Part shown: piece after piece, positions 40,975-52,532 of the stretch
Layout of the letters: every line of letters begins with the position of its first letter
Position numbering within the stretch: the stretch's first letter is position 1
Origin: Tubulanus polymorphus
Lineage: Eukaryota; Animalia; Nemertea
Length of the DNA: 64,000 nucleotides
Assembly (NCBI RefSeq): GCF_964204645.1
Contig: NC_134033.1
Span: forward strand, 10,672,655 to 10,736,654
Reading direction: 5' to 3'
Translations under genes and position numbers: made by a program
Notes under the pieces: generated by a model
The model's database searches: none
Told to the model about the DNA's origin: nothing
What the model saw: only the letters and a program-made list of their open reading frames with translations

Positions 40975-42204
40975 AACCTTATTCTGGTTTCGTATCCACC
41001 GGAGTGGTAAACAATAATTCCGTAAGATTAACATCCCGATGATCTTAATTCGTTCTGAAATGTTGATAATGTCTTTTTGTAAATTAGGTTGTACGATGAG
41101 TCTGTGGCGTGGCTCGTCGCTAATTCCAGAACCGAAGAGGCGATCAGAATTTTGAGAAAAGCAGCGAAATTTAACAAACGTTCACTTTCTCCGGGCGCCA
41201 TTTTTGCTAAAGAAAAACCACAGAAACAGCTAAACGAAGCACATGTACGAAGTAACTCAAATATGCTAGGCTGCACAAAGGGTAGTGAAGATTCTGATAA
41301 TGAAACGATTGGAATTTTAGAAATATTCAAACATCCTAAACTGCGTCTATACACGATACTAGAAGCTATTATCTGGTGCGTATTACACATATTAATTAGT
41401 CCGGTAGCTAATTTAGTTTGGATTTCAAGATGTTTCTTGTTACTAGGTGTTGTACGAGTCTCATTTATTACGGGTTGACATTGAGTACGACCGTAATGGC
41501 TGGAGGTCGATTTGCGAATTATTTCCTGGCCGCAGCTATTGAACTGCCAAGTTATCTTGTTATGCACATTTCTCTCCAGTAGTAAGTTTGAATCGGCGGA
41601 TAGCAGCATAAAGATTCGCGATTGAATTATATCAATACTGTGATCAGTGTATATTTCAGTATTGGAAGACAGATTTCTCTAGTAGGACTAAATGCTATAA
41701 CCGGTTTAGTGTTGATAGCTGCGACGTTCTGTCCTGAAATGATCGGTACGGTACTATCTATATCCATACCAGTGAACTTTACCCGACTAACTTCAGGTGA
41801 GATTTTACACTAAAAATTTTAGAGAGAAGATCCAAAATGTTCTAGTTATTAATCAGATGTATATTTCACAGAAACCGCACCGTGGGTATTACTTCGGCGT
41901 TTGCCCGAATAGGCAATATGACAGCACCATTCGCCGCTCATTTGGTAGGCCTTTGAAAAATCTTTTACATTTTCAATCCTATAACTTGTTTATTCAAAAT
42001 TTCCAGCTAAGGATTGATTTGTTTCAGGCTCAATTTATATATTGGTTGCCGGGCGTGATTATCGAGTGTATTGGACTGGTTACCGCATTACTCGTGTTAC
42101 CCTTACCGGAAACTAGAGATGTACCGATGCCCCAAACTATCAGCGATGTCGACCTGAAAACAACGCGATCAGTCAAACTATCATTACGAATGAACTGCAA
42201 CTAA
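40975..42204 (+). pseudogene. SLC22/organic cation transporter-like pseudogene, 3' half, copy 2; exons 41088-41375, 41447-41581, 41660-41745, remnant to 41796, 41872-41944, 42028-42204
   Basis: Spliced translation gives SLC22 motifs IYYGLTLS..MAGGRFANYFLAAAIELPSY, IGRQ, SELYPTNFRNRTVGITSAFARIG..TAPF and LPETRDVPMPQT; 5' half missing; a deletion near 41750 removes an intron plus a TM segment and shifts the frame. Confidence 0.88.
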
Positions 42205-42399
42205 TGAGTTAAAGGCAATCCATCAAAACACGCGTCGATAACTTCCCAAATAAAACTTGAAAATTAATACAGCCTGTTGGAGCTAAAACAGAGAATAAAC
42301 TAAACACTAGAAAATAGGTCGTACATTACATTGTTGCCATTTTATTCGACTAGATTTTCAATTCCTTGAAGACTTAGTGAAATATCAGACACAATAATC

Positions 42400-42673
42400 T
42401 TAATTAGGACAACATTTTCCCATAAAAGAACGACAACAACTTTGGTTAAAACTCCAGAACCAATATGTACCTGCTCTCCCTCTGCAAGTGCACGATATAC
42501 CTCGCTCTTCAATCTGAATTTCTGTAAATAGATTAAACGCCACTTTGATTAAACTTGTAAATTAGAATAAAATTCACGGGTTGTTAAAAACCAAATTCGA
42601 TACCTTCAGATGCCGCGATAGCTCCAACGACCATAAACAAGGCCAACGCGATGAACAGGGTTTTGGTAAACAT
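42400..42673 (-). CDS. Secreted six-cysteine toxin/defensin-like peptide precursor, 63 aa (APETx/BDS/anthopleurin-like); CDS complement(join(42400..42521,42604..42673))
   Basis: MFTKTLFIALALFMVVGAIAASE|EIQIEER-GISCTCRGRAGTYWFWSFNQSCCRSFMGKCCPN*; phase-1 intron 42522-42603 with GTATCG...TTTACAG; AATAAA at 42341-42346. Confidence 0.85.
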
Positions 42674-42823
42674 TCTGAAATTGAATCAGAAATGTCCATA
42701 ATTTCTCTGCTGAGTTACTACTACGACAATGAAATAGTTTGTATAGTTTTTCTATTCAATCCTTTAAGTTATCAGAATTTGATCCTGATTTTGAATTTGA
42801 TTAATCGTGATCACAATTCATGT

Positions 42824-43703
42824 TAGTAATAGGGTATACGTCTTTCTATACCAGAGGTCGAGAGGTCGAGCTCATAAAAATGAAAATTGATTATAGATTC
42901 TCACACGCTCGAATTTATCTTTATTTTTACTCACTCGCCCCCTCAACCTCTGATATGAAAAGACATACCCTATTACTCTAATAATTTCATATATATGAAC
43001 ATTATATAAATGAATATCATATATATGAAAATCAATTTTAATAACAAATATGTAAAATAAATGGTAGAATTAGAAGAATTAAAAAGTAACAAGTGATTAA
43101 CGATTTGATGAAAATTTTGATTAAAAAAATTACTTATAAATGAGAGATACTACATCTCAAAGATATTGATTTACATGAAAAATATTTTACAATTAAACGT
43201 TTTATTCCTATTAAAGATTTGATTAAAACTGCACGTTTTCGTTTTCAAATGAATAATATTACTGAATTGAATTTTAAAAATCATTATCTAATGATAGAGT
43301 TATCGAATGAAAAAGATAACATCTTATTCAATACAATAATTCCAAAATTCACAACATTTGATGAAATAGATAAACATTTAATAATTACTGATGAAAAACA
43401 ATCACTTTTAAATAATGAAAATTCGGATAAATCATTATTTATACACTTACGTTATTGCCCTTTCAGAGAATGTTATGTTATGTTTTTCAGATTACAAGAA
43501 AAAAGGTTTATCCCAGACATTCCAAATGAAAAATCGTTTAAAGATGTGGGAATTCAATGTAACTTAGACAATAAAATTGTTACACCTAAAAAGAAATATG
43601 AACCTAATGAAAAAGCGTTATGTAATTGTGGAAAAAATTATACTCGAAGCAATAAATCACATGATTCATCCTCTGGTATGAAAAGACATATACCCTATTA
43701 CTC
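42824..43703. mobile_element. TIR element (GAGTAATAGGGTAT termini, Sola-like) enclosing an AT-rich foreign-looking ORF remnant; lies in intron 1 of the peptide gene
   Basis: Left TIR AGTAATAGGGTATACGTCTTTCTATACCAGAGG; right TIRs end at 42978 and 43703 (CCTCTGGTATGAAAAGACATATACCCTATTACTC). Confidence 0.65.
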
Positions 43704-44079
43704 ATCTTGTTCGTTGCCACTGGTGCTAAATATGTCCCGGCGTGCCTGCTTGGCACGGGGACGGGACACATTTTCGGCCAAACCGATCGTAGTGATTTAC
43801 GTGTGACCGTGTGTCTCGTATCGGCAATCAAACCCGGACCAAGACCAGGTCCGAACCAGTTTGACCCGCCCGGACCAATTCTTCTAAGCATGGTCGCAGC
43901 CTCCCACATTCCATCGTTCTCTAGTCGATTGTACGCGCAGTGGTCAGCATTTTATACATCTCGGAAACATCTTAAAATTGGTAGTTTCTACTTTTTACCC
44001 CATTCTTTACCTCGTATCATGAAACTGCTTGATCGACGATGAGTTTTTTTACCTTGTTACCGGTAGCTTATGGTCTTAC

Positions 44080-44134
44080 CTGAGTTTTTAGCTTCAGAAC
44101 AATTCCCTACCAAAATAAATCGATCGGTTTTATA
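44080..44134 (-). promoter_or_regulatory. TATA box (TATAAAA, 44128-44134) and short non-coding exon 1 (~44080-44104) of the toxin-like gene
   Basis: CAG|GTAAGA donor at 44079; the ATG exon starts at acceptor TTTCAG|A-ATG (42674), which requires an upstream exon. Confidence 0.6.
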
Positions 44135-45069
44135 CATTCTACTGCAGTATTTCGTAAGCGGCTTTCAAAATTGAACATTTATCAAGTAATTTTTTCGTGC
44201 CTCATTTGAAATGTGAACATGTATATTCTCATTTTATGACTCGAGTGTTTATCTGAATATCATGAATGAATTATTTTTACGATTTGTTGAGGTGAAGAAC
44301 AATAATGACAAATATTGGCAACAACGTTTTGAACACATTGGATTTCAAGTCTATTTCAGGATGCTGAATACAGAGGAGACGCGGGAATCTTCTAGGTTCG
44401 AACCCTTTCTCACTGGTTTTGATGGGGGCATAAACAACAGAAACGCTGAATATCCTGAATAAAATCTGATATGGCGACAAGACGCTGTAACAAGAAAACT
44501 GACTAGTTTTGATGCCTACACACATATTGCTTAATACTGTCGACAATAAAAAGGTGATATTAATCAGATACATATCAAGGATCATTCAAGTCATTTTAGA
44601 TTTGAATATATTAATAATTGAATTGAATAAACCGCCAACCAGTCTAACCCCGATATATTGATGACGTAGCACACATCCTCACAGAATAAATCATCACAAT
44701 TTATCAAAAATAAAATAAGATTTATGGAATATGTTTAGTTGAAAAATAAATGCCAAAATTCGCAATCAATTGTCATTTTGAAAACACCAATATTGATGAC
44801 GTAGTGCACATCGACTCACACAGAACACTTCATATAACCAGGGAGGTGGGAGTCACTCCCACCTCTGTATAATGCATACATGTACTAGGTATCCTGGTTG
44901 TCGATAATTCGTGAAGACCTAGCCCTTGTGGACATAGAACTTGATCTTAAGTTGACGCCAAGCGAAACGCTAACTTTCCTGGAGGAACTTACTGTAGACC
45001 GCGATAATTGGGGTCCCTTGTACATCACATCGTGATGCAGCGGTGTTGGTGATGTCATAGAAGAAGTAC

Positions 45070-45573
45070 TTTTGTCTGTCACACCTACTCTCCGTGCGAC
45101 GTTTTGGTCCGTAATTTCGTTAATAATCGGTTTATCTACCTTTATTATGCATGAATTTGTTCAGTAAGGAATTTGCATTCAGAAATAAATCATGAACTGG
45201 CAGAAATTTGTTTGTGTTTTCTTCTATCAGCGATAGTTTACTCAGCATACGCTCGCGTAATGCTGAAAAATCCGCTCCGCGGACGGTCGGAAACGTTACA
45301 GTGACGTCATCACCTGCTCATTAGCATATCAAAATACAGTAGGTGGCGCCACGTGACGGGCCATAAAAGCCGTTTTTCAGCATTACGCGAGCGTATGCTA
45401 GGTAAACTATCGCTGATAGAAGAAAACGCAAACAAATTTCTGCCAGTTCATGATTTATGTCTGAATGCAAATTCCTTACTGAACAAATTGATGCATAATA
45501 TTTACAGATCAACCGATTATTAACGAAATTACGGACCAAAACGTCGCACGAAGAGCATGTGTGACAGACAGTA
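45070..45573. mobile_element. Foldback MITE with ~200 bp terminal inverted repeats
   Basis: 45074-45270 is the close reverse complement of 45372-45570, around a ~100 bp spacer. Confidence 0.9.
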
Positions 45574-46119
45574 GGCATCAAAAGAAAACATAATTGTAAC
45601 GGTTTTTAAGGCGTCAAAAATAGGAGACAGACAATGACTATAGGCGCCAGAGGCTGTAAAAATCAGATGAATCATGTATAGGTGAAAATAAAACACGGTG
45701 AAACACATGTCGCGTTAAGCCTCGATGCAGACAGGCTTTATTTTGGCGACTGAGAAATCGCTTGAAAATCGCGCTTACTCGGATTCATGCGACTATAAAA
45801 CTACTCTCGGTTTTAGTCGCGAGCAACCTGTTACCATTAAACTAAACTAAAATTGATGCCGGGTGCACTCAGTGCATGGGTGAATAAGTATGATGGTATC
45901 CGAAATGACAACTTCCAGTCACAATTCGTCGATGTCAAGCCAATCTCAATACAATAAATCAATTCCTTTCCATCAGATGTTGACAGAAGCCTAGACGAAC
46001 CTTTTTTGGATCCGTTATAGTTTATGGTCAGCACTATGCACAATAAAACATGCATTCATACAAGATTTGTGCAAATTACCTCAGTACCGACAGACGCCGA
46101 AACTGCAATCGATATAGAT

Positions 46120-46700
46120 TTGTTAAGCCGGGCGTAGGTCGGCCTTGCGATGCGATGCGATCGTCGCGTTGTGTCGCAAGTTGGGGCATAAGTCGATTGC
46201 ACGCGATTATCGGCGACTGTGTGCGCCTAGTTGCGATCGTCGCTGGCGGTCGCAGTGAATTGCGTCGCAATGAGTCGCAAGCCGTCGCAAGGCCGACCTA
46301 CGCCCGCCTTTAGTTTCATCACTATGATTAGAAAATGTGTACATGTTCTACATTCTGCGACGCGACGTGACAGTCGCATCCGACCTACGCGCTCTTGCGA
46401 CTGGGATTTGACGCGATTCGAACCAACGATGTAGGATTCGCACCCACTATGGTAATGAGATGCGTTTTGGAATAATTTTTGATCGATTCGAAAAATTTCT
46501 TATCGTGAACTAAATCTCTTCCATTTGCATTCAGTTTGGTGCTAATTTTAGTTACCACGTGACAACCAGAATCGCGGATCGCGTCGCTTCGACCTACGCG
46601 CAGGCGGCACAAACTAGTCGCACACGGTTGCTGATAATCGCATCGCAACCGACTTACGCCCCCCCCCCGACCCCTTGCGACGTTGGTATCCTGCGGTCAA
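46120..46700. mobile_element. Non-autonomous DNA-transposon-like element rich in TCGCA/TGCGA subrepeats (possible relative at ~60800-61055)
   Basis: Inverted motif GGGCGTAGGTCGGCCTTGCGA / TCGCAAGGCCGACCTACGCCC, repeated in degenerate form. Confidence 0.5.
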
Positions 46701-48295
46701 TAAACAATTTTGAAACAGGCATATTAGGCCTATCCCAATCTGTATAGGCCTGCCTATCACCAGTAGTATGCACATGGTAAAAGATCATGATAGCACAGGG
46801 ACTTATTGCATAGAATTATTCTATGCAGTGAGTGAGTCGTGAGAATGATGTATATCATATATCCTTCTGGACGATTGATTTCTGTATAAGTCCTGTTTCG
46901 TCATGGGATGTTCCTCAAATGCAAATGAATTGAAAAAATAAACGTTAAATTAGTCACGAATTTTCTACATGAGTCTTAAGTTTTTTGATTGCATACGTTT
47001 TCTGTGGGTTGGAAGCATTCAATGATTAGGCCAACATTGCTATGAAGTGATGAGCATTAAATCAAATTTTCAGATCTGATTATGAAAAATTGATTCAGAT
47101 TCTGCCGTATTCGTGATGGAAAATGTCAGAAAAAAAAGATAGCCAGAAAGCACTCAGAATACACCTTCGAGTACTTTAAATGAAAAAAAATTCTGGGGGG
47201 GGGCGCTCGCGGCATTCCGTGTATTTTGTTCCACTTTAGGTCACCGGTCACCACACCTGACTGGTTACCAGTCACCACACTGACAGGACAAACTTATAAA
47301 CTCCATCACTCTCTATGCAATCATCTAATGATTAGCATGCTCGGCTGGTATGCTCTTAGTCGCGCGTTCGAGTCCTGCTAGGTTTAGAGTTACGGCTAGG
47401 TTTAGTGACGAGCGCCTGGATTGTGGACACACCTACGGTTTTGGTAATCGGACCCGTTTTTGGACGAATTGTCGCTGTATTAGACTGATGAAAACCGTAT
47501 TCAACTTTTTCCGACGTTTATTTCTGACTGAATAAACACAAGCTATATGGCTGTCTGGGTTGTCGGACCCGTTTTTGGACGAATTGTCACTATATAAAAC
47601 TGTTGAAAACCTTATTCAAATTATTTTGCACATTTTTCCGACGTTTATTTTTGACAGACAAAACACAAGCTATGGTTGTCTGGGTTGTTGGACCTGTTTT
47701 TGGACGAAAAATTGTCATTTATTTGGATGCCTGCCAATGTCTCTTTACTAGTACTGCACAATTTCAAACATTTATTTGACAGGAGAAAATTCAAAGGACC
47801 ACCCCCCCCCCACCTCCTTTATAGTCGCTACATTCCCTTCCCCGAACATTTAGTGCAGACATTAAAAGTATGAATAACAATTTCAAATCCCTGAATGACA
47901 GTTCCCGTGGGGGCTTGAGAATACCTTAGTCTATAAAGGGGGCCCTTCTTATTATCAGGACCTATTCTAGGTAATAGGGCTTTGTAGGGGATAATAGGGG
48001 GTTTACTGAAATATCACGACCTGTTTTTCATAATTTCGTTGTTCAATCATCCGTATAACTTATTACGCAACATTCAAAAAGTATTGTTCACTCAGACACG
48101 ATGAAAACGTCCTATGATGAATGATTTTCTTTGAATCTTTTAGAGATCGATTGAGCATTTATTTAAATCTATCGTCGTCTATCGTTCTTTTTTCCGGTTT
48201 TGTTGTTGTAACTAAGAGTCATATTTGCTGACATAGTAATGCGTGAATTTTCGATCATTTTAGTGTCAACCGTTCTGCAAACAAGATGCGTTAAA

Positions 48296-49650
48296 ATGAA
48301 GATCTACCAAACTATCTGCCTGCTGGCTTTTTGTCTGTCAAGTGAGTATATTAGAAAATATTGAGTGATTAGAATTTGCATGGGCCACAGTAAAAACTCC
48401 TAAAGACTATCTTTTTTTACATCGATTTTGTTGGGATATTCCGCTTAATAAATTCGACATAAGACCAGTGAAACTGTGCGCGTGCAGTCTGAATAAACCA
48501 TCATTTTACACTCAATTGAAGCATTCCTAAAAAGTAAAAAGATCAGCCATTTTTTTTTTAAATACGGTGTAAATGGATATAAAAACGACGGTTTACTTAG
48601 ACTGCATTAGGTTCTTTGGTCGTATCAGGACCAATTTGAGATATGTGTTCAAAAGTTTAAGATAAATATCTCCAAAAAATCGATATCAGACAAAACAAAA
48701 TAGACTTTTAGCCTGGCAGTCTGGGGGCCAGTTGCTTGGAACAGGTAGTTGCTAACTCCCTCGAGTGGTTAGAGTTTACCAGTGGATAACTGACATAGCA
48801 TAGTGATATGAAAAATGCACAGGTTGTGTGGCGATCGATTCAATGTTTAACAAATTTTTTCAAAAAACGTAATATGCACCAGAAAATCCGTCCATTTTGC
48901 TCCGGGTCAAATTTTAGTCAAATTCGATGAATTATTGGAATTGTTCCAAACTAATTCCTTCTACGTATACGATACATTCGATTTTTTACTCCGTTAGATA
49001 CTTTTAGTCGATCTCTGGGCTGCGACGGATCGATCATGTGTTTGTAATGGGCTTAAAATAAGGACCAAATGGGGTACCCGCAGTGCTACTGTGGCAATCG
49101 AAGATTCCACGTATGGCAGGCGAGGATCCGCCAGGTTCGCTAGTAGATAGTTGGTCGTCCGCGTTCAATTTCTTCTACATTGCGATGAAATCTGAATGAA
49201 CTTTTCGCTTAAATGAATTGGTTATTCATTAACCTACACAGATATCCGAGTGAAGGAATGAAAGTATTGTAAATGTGGTGGGTCCTGCGATAATATATGG
49301 ATACGGGAGTCTAAAAATCCAGCTCAAAGTTCATTGCAAATGAACTAGATTTTACACCGGGCGAACTATTGCTCGTCACGCCATCTGGTGGGATAGCTGG
49401 TTGTTCGGGTACCCCATTTATCTCGCATTTCGAAATCTTTCTTAAAATGTATTTATTTCTTTCGCAGTTGCGGTAGCACCGAGTTGTTTCATACGATTGT
49501 TGAGTTCAGTAGTGACAGCGGTTTAACTAAAAACACCGTTGTCACAATAGCACCTTCTGGATGAAGCGGCGTCACAAGCAGTTTAGAATCGATGATATGT
49601 CATCAGAATACTTACACTGCGATCCAGCTGAGATAGACAATCGTAGCAAT
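48296..49650 (+). pseudogene. Pseudogene paralog of the Ly6/three-finger gene (exon 1 48296-48341 intact; exon 2 from 49468 frameshifted and deleted; exon 3 absent)
   Basis: MKIYQTICLLAFCLS|GTGAGT vs MKIYQAVCLLAVCLS; exon 2 aligns (GGTTTAACTAAAAACACCGTTGTCACAATA; TGCGATCCAGCTGAGA) with indels and stops. Confidence 0.88.
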
Positions 49651-50606
49651 CTCTGGCATCAGGTTCGAATACCTGGCGGTGGAGGATGACCCACAGGAAA
49701 AAAATCGACATAATTTTGCTTTGTATAATTTTGCTTTTTAATCTGGCTTTTTAAACATGTTCATAGTTCGTCAATAAATGAAATAGAATCTTACCTCGAA
49801 ATTATATATGTATCTATCATATTTGTGATACGCAATATATATGTAGTGATAATGATGACCTTTTTAGAAGTCACTCTCGCCTTGCTTGGCTGACAGCTGG
49901 TGAGCGGTTCGGGTTGGTTGGAAAATTTTCCACATGAACCTGAACAAAAATATCCGATTATATACTTCGATTAGAACAAGATATTCTGTAAATTCGACCG
50001 CCGATCACGCAACTGCATACCCACTTCGATTTCCGATTTCTAAATCAATCCCTGTTTCGATACCGGCAGGTGTGACTGGTAGTAGGGTTTATACGGGTCA
50101 CAACGAATATAAGCAACACACCATCCAAATAACTCAGAAAAAGACAGCCATCCCTAATTTTAAGGTCATAACGTTGAAAATGTACTAATTCTAACTGTAG
50201 ACTCTAAATTAGCCAAGAACTGTGCAACAGGGTCCTTGCGCAGTCATTGGATCTAAGACCAGCCTATCACCACCTTCGCTTTATAGCCAATCTTACGACT
50301 AAAGAGACCAGTCTTAAGATTTAAGACCACTTTTTTATTCAAGTCACGACAGAAGTACTTTGTCCTGATATCTTTTTATAATTTCACTCAAATAGATGTA
50401 TACAGTAACACCTAACACCGAGTTCCATTCACAAATAGATGATAAATTCAATTAATTTTATGGTTCACCATGCACCTTTTTACCTGAATCATTTGCTCAA
50501 ACGCTATTTTGTATCCATTCTACGTTATACAAGCTCTTTATCTTCTTTATAGTAATAAATTCATTTCTGCAACGTATATCTATTTACGTTTTTTGAAAGG
50601 TATCAC

Positions 50607-51322
50607 GACTAAACGACGGACGAGTGGGTGACTGGACAACTGGGTGACTGGTCGACTGAACGACTGGTCGACTGAACGACTGGACGACTGGTCGTCTGGA
50701 CGACTGGGTGACTGGTCGACTGAACGACTGGATGACTGAACGACTAGACAACTGGGTGACTGGACGATTGGGTGACTGGACAACTGGTCGACTGAACGAA
50801 TGAACGACTGGGTGACTGGTCGACTTGGTGACTGGTCGAATGGACGACTGGCTGACTGGACGACTAGACAACTGGGTGACTGGACGACTGGGTGACTGGT
50901 CGACTGACCGACTGGTCGCCTGGACGACTAGAAAACTGGGTGACTGGTCGACTGAACGACTGGTCGAATGGACGACTGGGCGACTGGACAACTGGGTGAC
51001 TGGTCGACTGTATGACTTTGTGACTTGGTGACTGGTCGACTGAACGATTGGACGACTGGGTGACTGGTCGACTGACCGAATGGTCGCCTGGGTGACTAGA
51101 CAACTGGGTGACTGGTCGACTGGGTGACTGGTCGACTGAACGACTGGTCGAATAGATGACTGGGTGACTGGACAACTGGGTGACTGGTCGACTGAACGAC
51201 TGGACGACTGGTCGTCTGGACGACTGGGTGACTGGTCGACTGAACGACTCAGTGGATGATTGGACGACTGGGTGACTGGACGACTGGTAGATTGGACGAC
51301 TGAACGACTGGATGACTGAACG
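50607..51322. repeat. 8-bp-period tandem repeat (CGACTGGT/CGACTGAA/TGACTGGA variants)
   Basis: Direct reading; source of the spurious SRPV ORFs. Confidence 0.95.
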
Positions 51323-52467
51323 TGCCGGTGGTGGTGGTTTTGGCGGCAGCGACGATGCCGACGATGATGACACACCCTCATTGGATGGTTTGTCACGCCG
51401 TAACTGATATTTATGGCTGGATCATTTGAATGGCTGGATCATCAGAGCCATCGGTAGGGTAGGGTTATGTCATCAGACGCCTCTGCAAAACAAATGAGAC
51501 GGGGGTTAAGAGCACCATCGTTCGAGGTGCCGCAAAAACAGAACGCATCCAATTTCGCAATATAGCGTAGCTACGTAATTCATCTTAAACGTTAGCGTAC
51601 TGTTACCTTATATTTTCTTCAGTGCATACTTAGTAAGACCTATCAATCTTTTCAATATCTTTCCTGTCCAATGAGCTCGCGTAATCTATAAACTTCCGTT
51701 CCACACACGACGACGGTTTAAAAGAAACGGTCGAACTTCAGCATTTCCTGGGCAAGGAAGGAGCGACAACGTGCGCAAAATCTGCGAAAACAACGAAGAA
51801 AATCATCATTTATAAAATTTCAATATGTACCAGTTACTGTTAAGCATGACCACCTTTAATCATAGGTTATGTTTATCGCTAACCATAATGACACAGAACC
51901 CGGAATAACGGAATAAGTGATATATAGAAGATGTACTAACACGTATCTAAAATAGCCAAAGTGCAAAAAGCATATGCTCTGGAAAAAGAAACGCACGTTC
52001 GTTTCTTCGCCCGTTTCTGCGCGGTAATTTTCGTTTCTTCGCCGGTCGAAGAACCGGACGAAGAAACGTAGCAATATTTTTTGCATGGCGTATTAGACGG
52101 AATTCTTTTTTCTTTACTGTGGAATTCACACTCTTTCAAGAATTTTTCGCTATACAATCGCATTAATACCAAATTCTAAGTCATCAAGATGATGCCTTAT
52201 GAACGTTCAGACGAGCCAAACTAGAATCTTTGTGCACGTGAACTGGATGTTTACATTCAAAACTAAGATCTGTGCTCTGGATGCGACCTTTTCATTTCAT
52301 CAAACCTTAAGAGTCTAGAAATAATCGAAGTTGACTCATTATAGGGAGTTCCTCGTTCGAAATATCTTTCAAGCGATCGATAACTTCAGCGTTGAATCAG
52401 TTGTAGATCACAATATCCGTTATAAAATAATCAGAATAAAATCCCCCAATAAATGAATGGATATCTT

Positions 52468-52532
52468 AAGAGTTTATTTGATTTATTAGAAATATTTCGG
52501 GTGGTCGCTACCACACGCATTCTTCAGTCTAA
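52468..52532 (-). mobile_element. Penelope-like pseudo-LTR remnant with hammerhead-like core
   Basis: Minus strand reads GACTGAAGA-ATGCGTGTGGT-AGCG-ACCACCC-GAAATATTTC followed by AATAAA tracts. Confidence 0.4.

Noticed and set aside
41028-41609. 193-aa minus-strand ORF
   Set aside because: Antisense to the SLC22 pseudogene exons; no recognisable motif
50580-51396. 270-aa and 169-aa SRPV-repeat ORFs
   Set aside because: Artefact of an 8-bp tandem repeat, open on both strands
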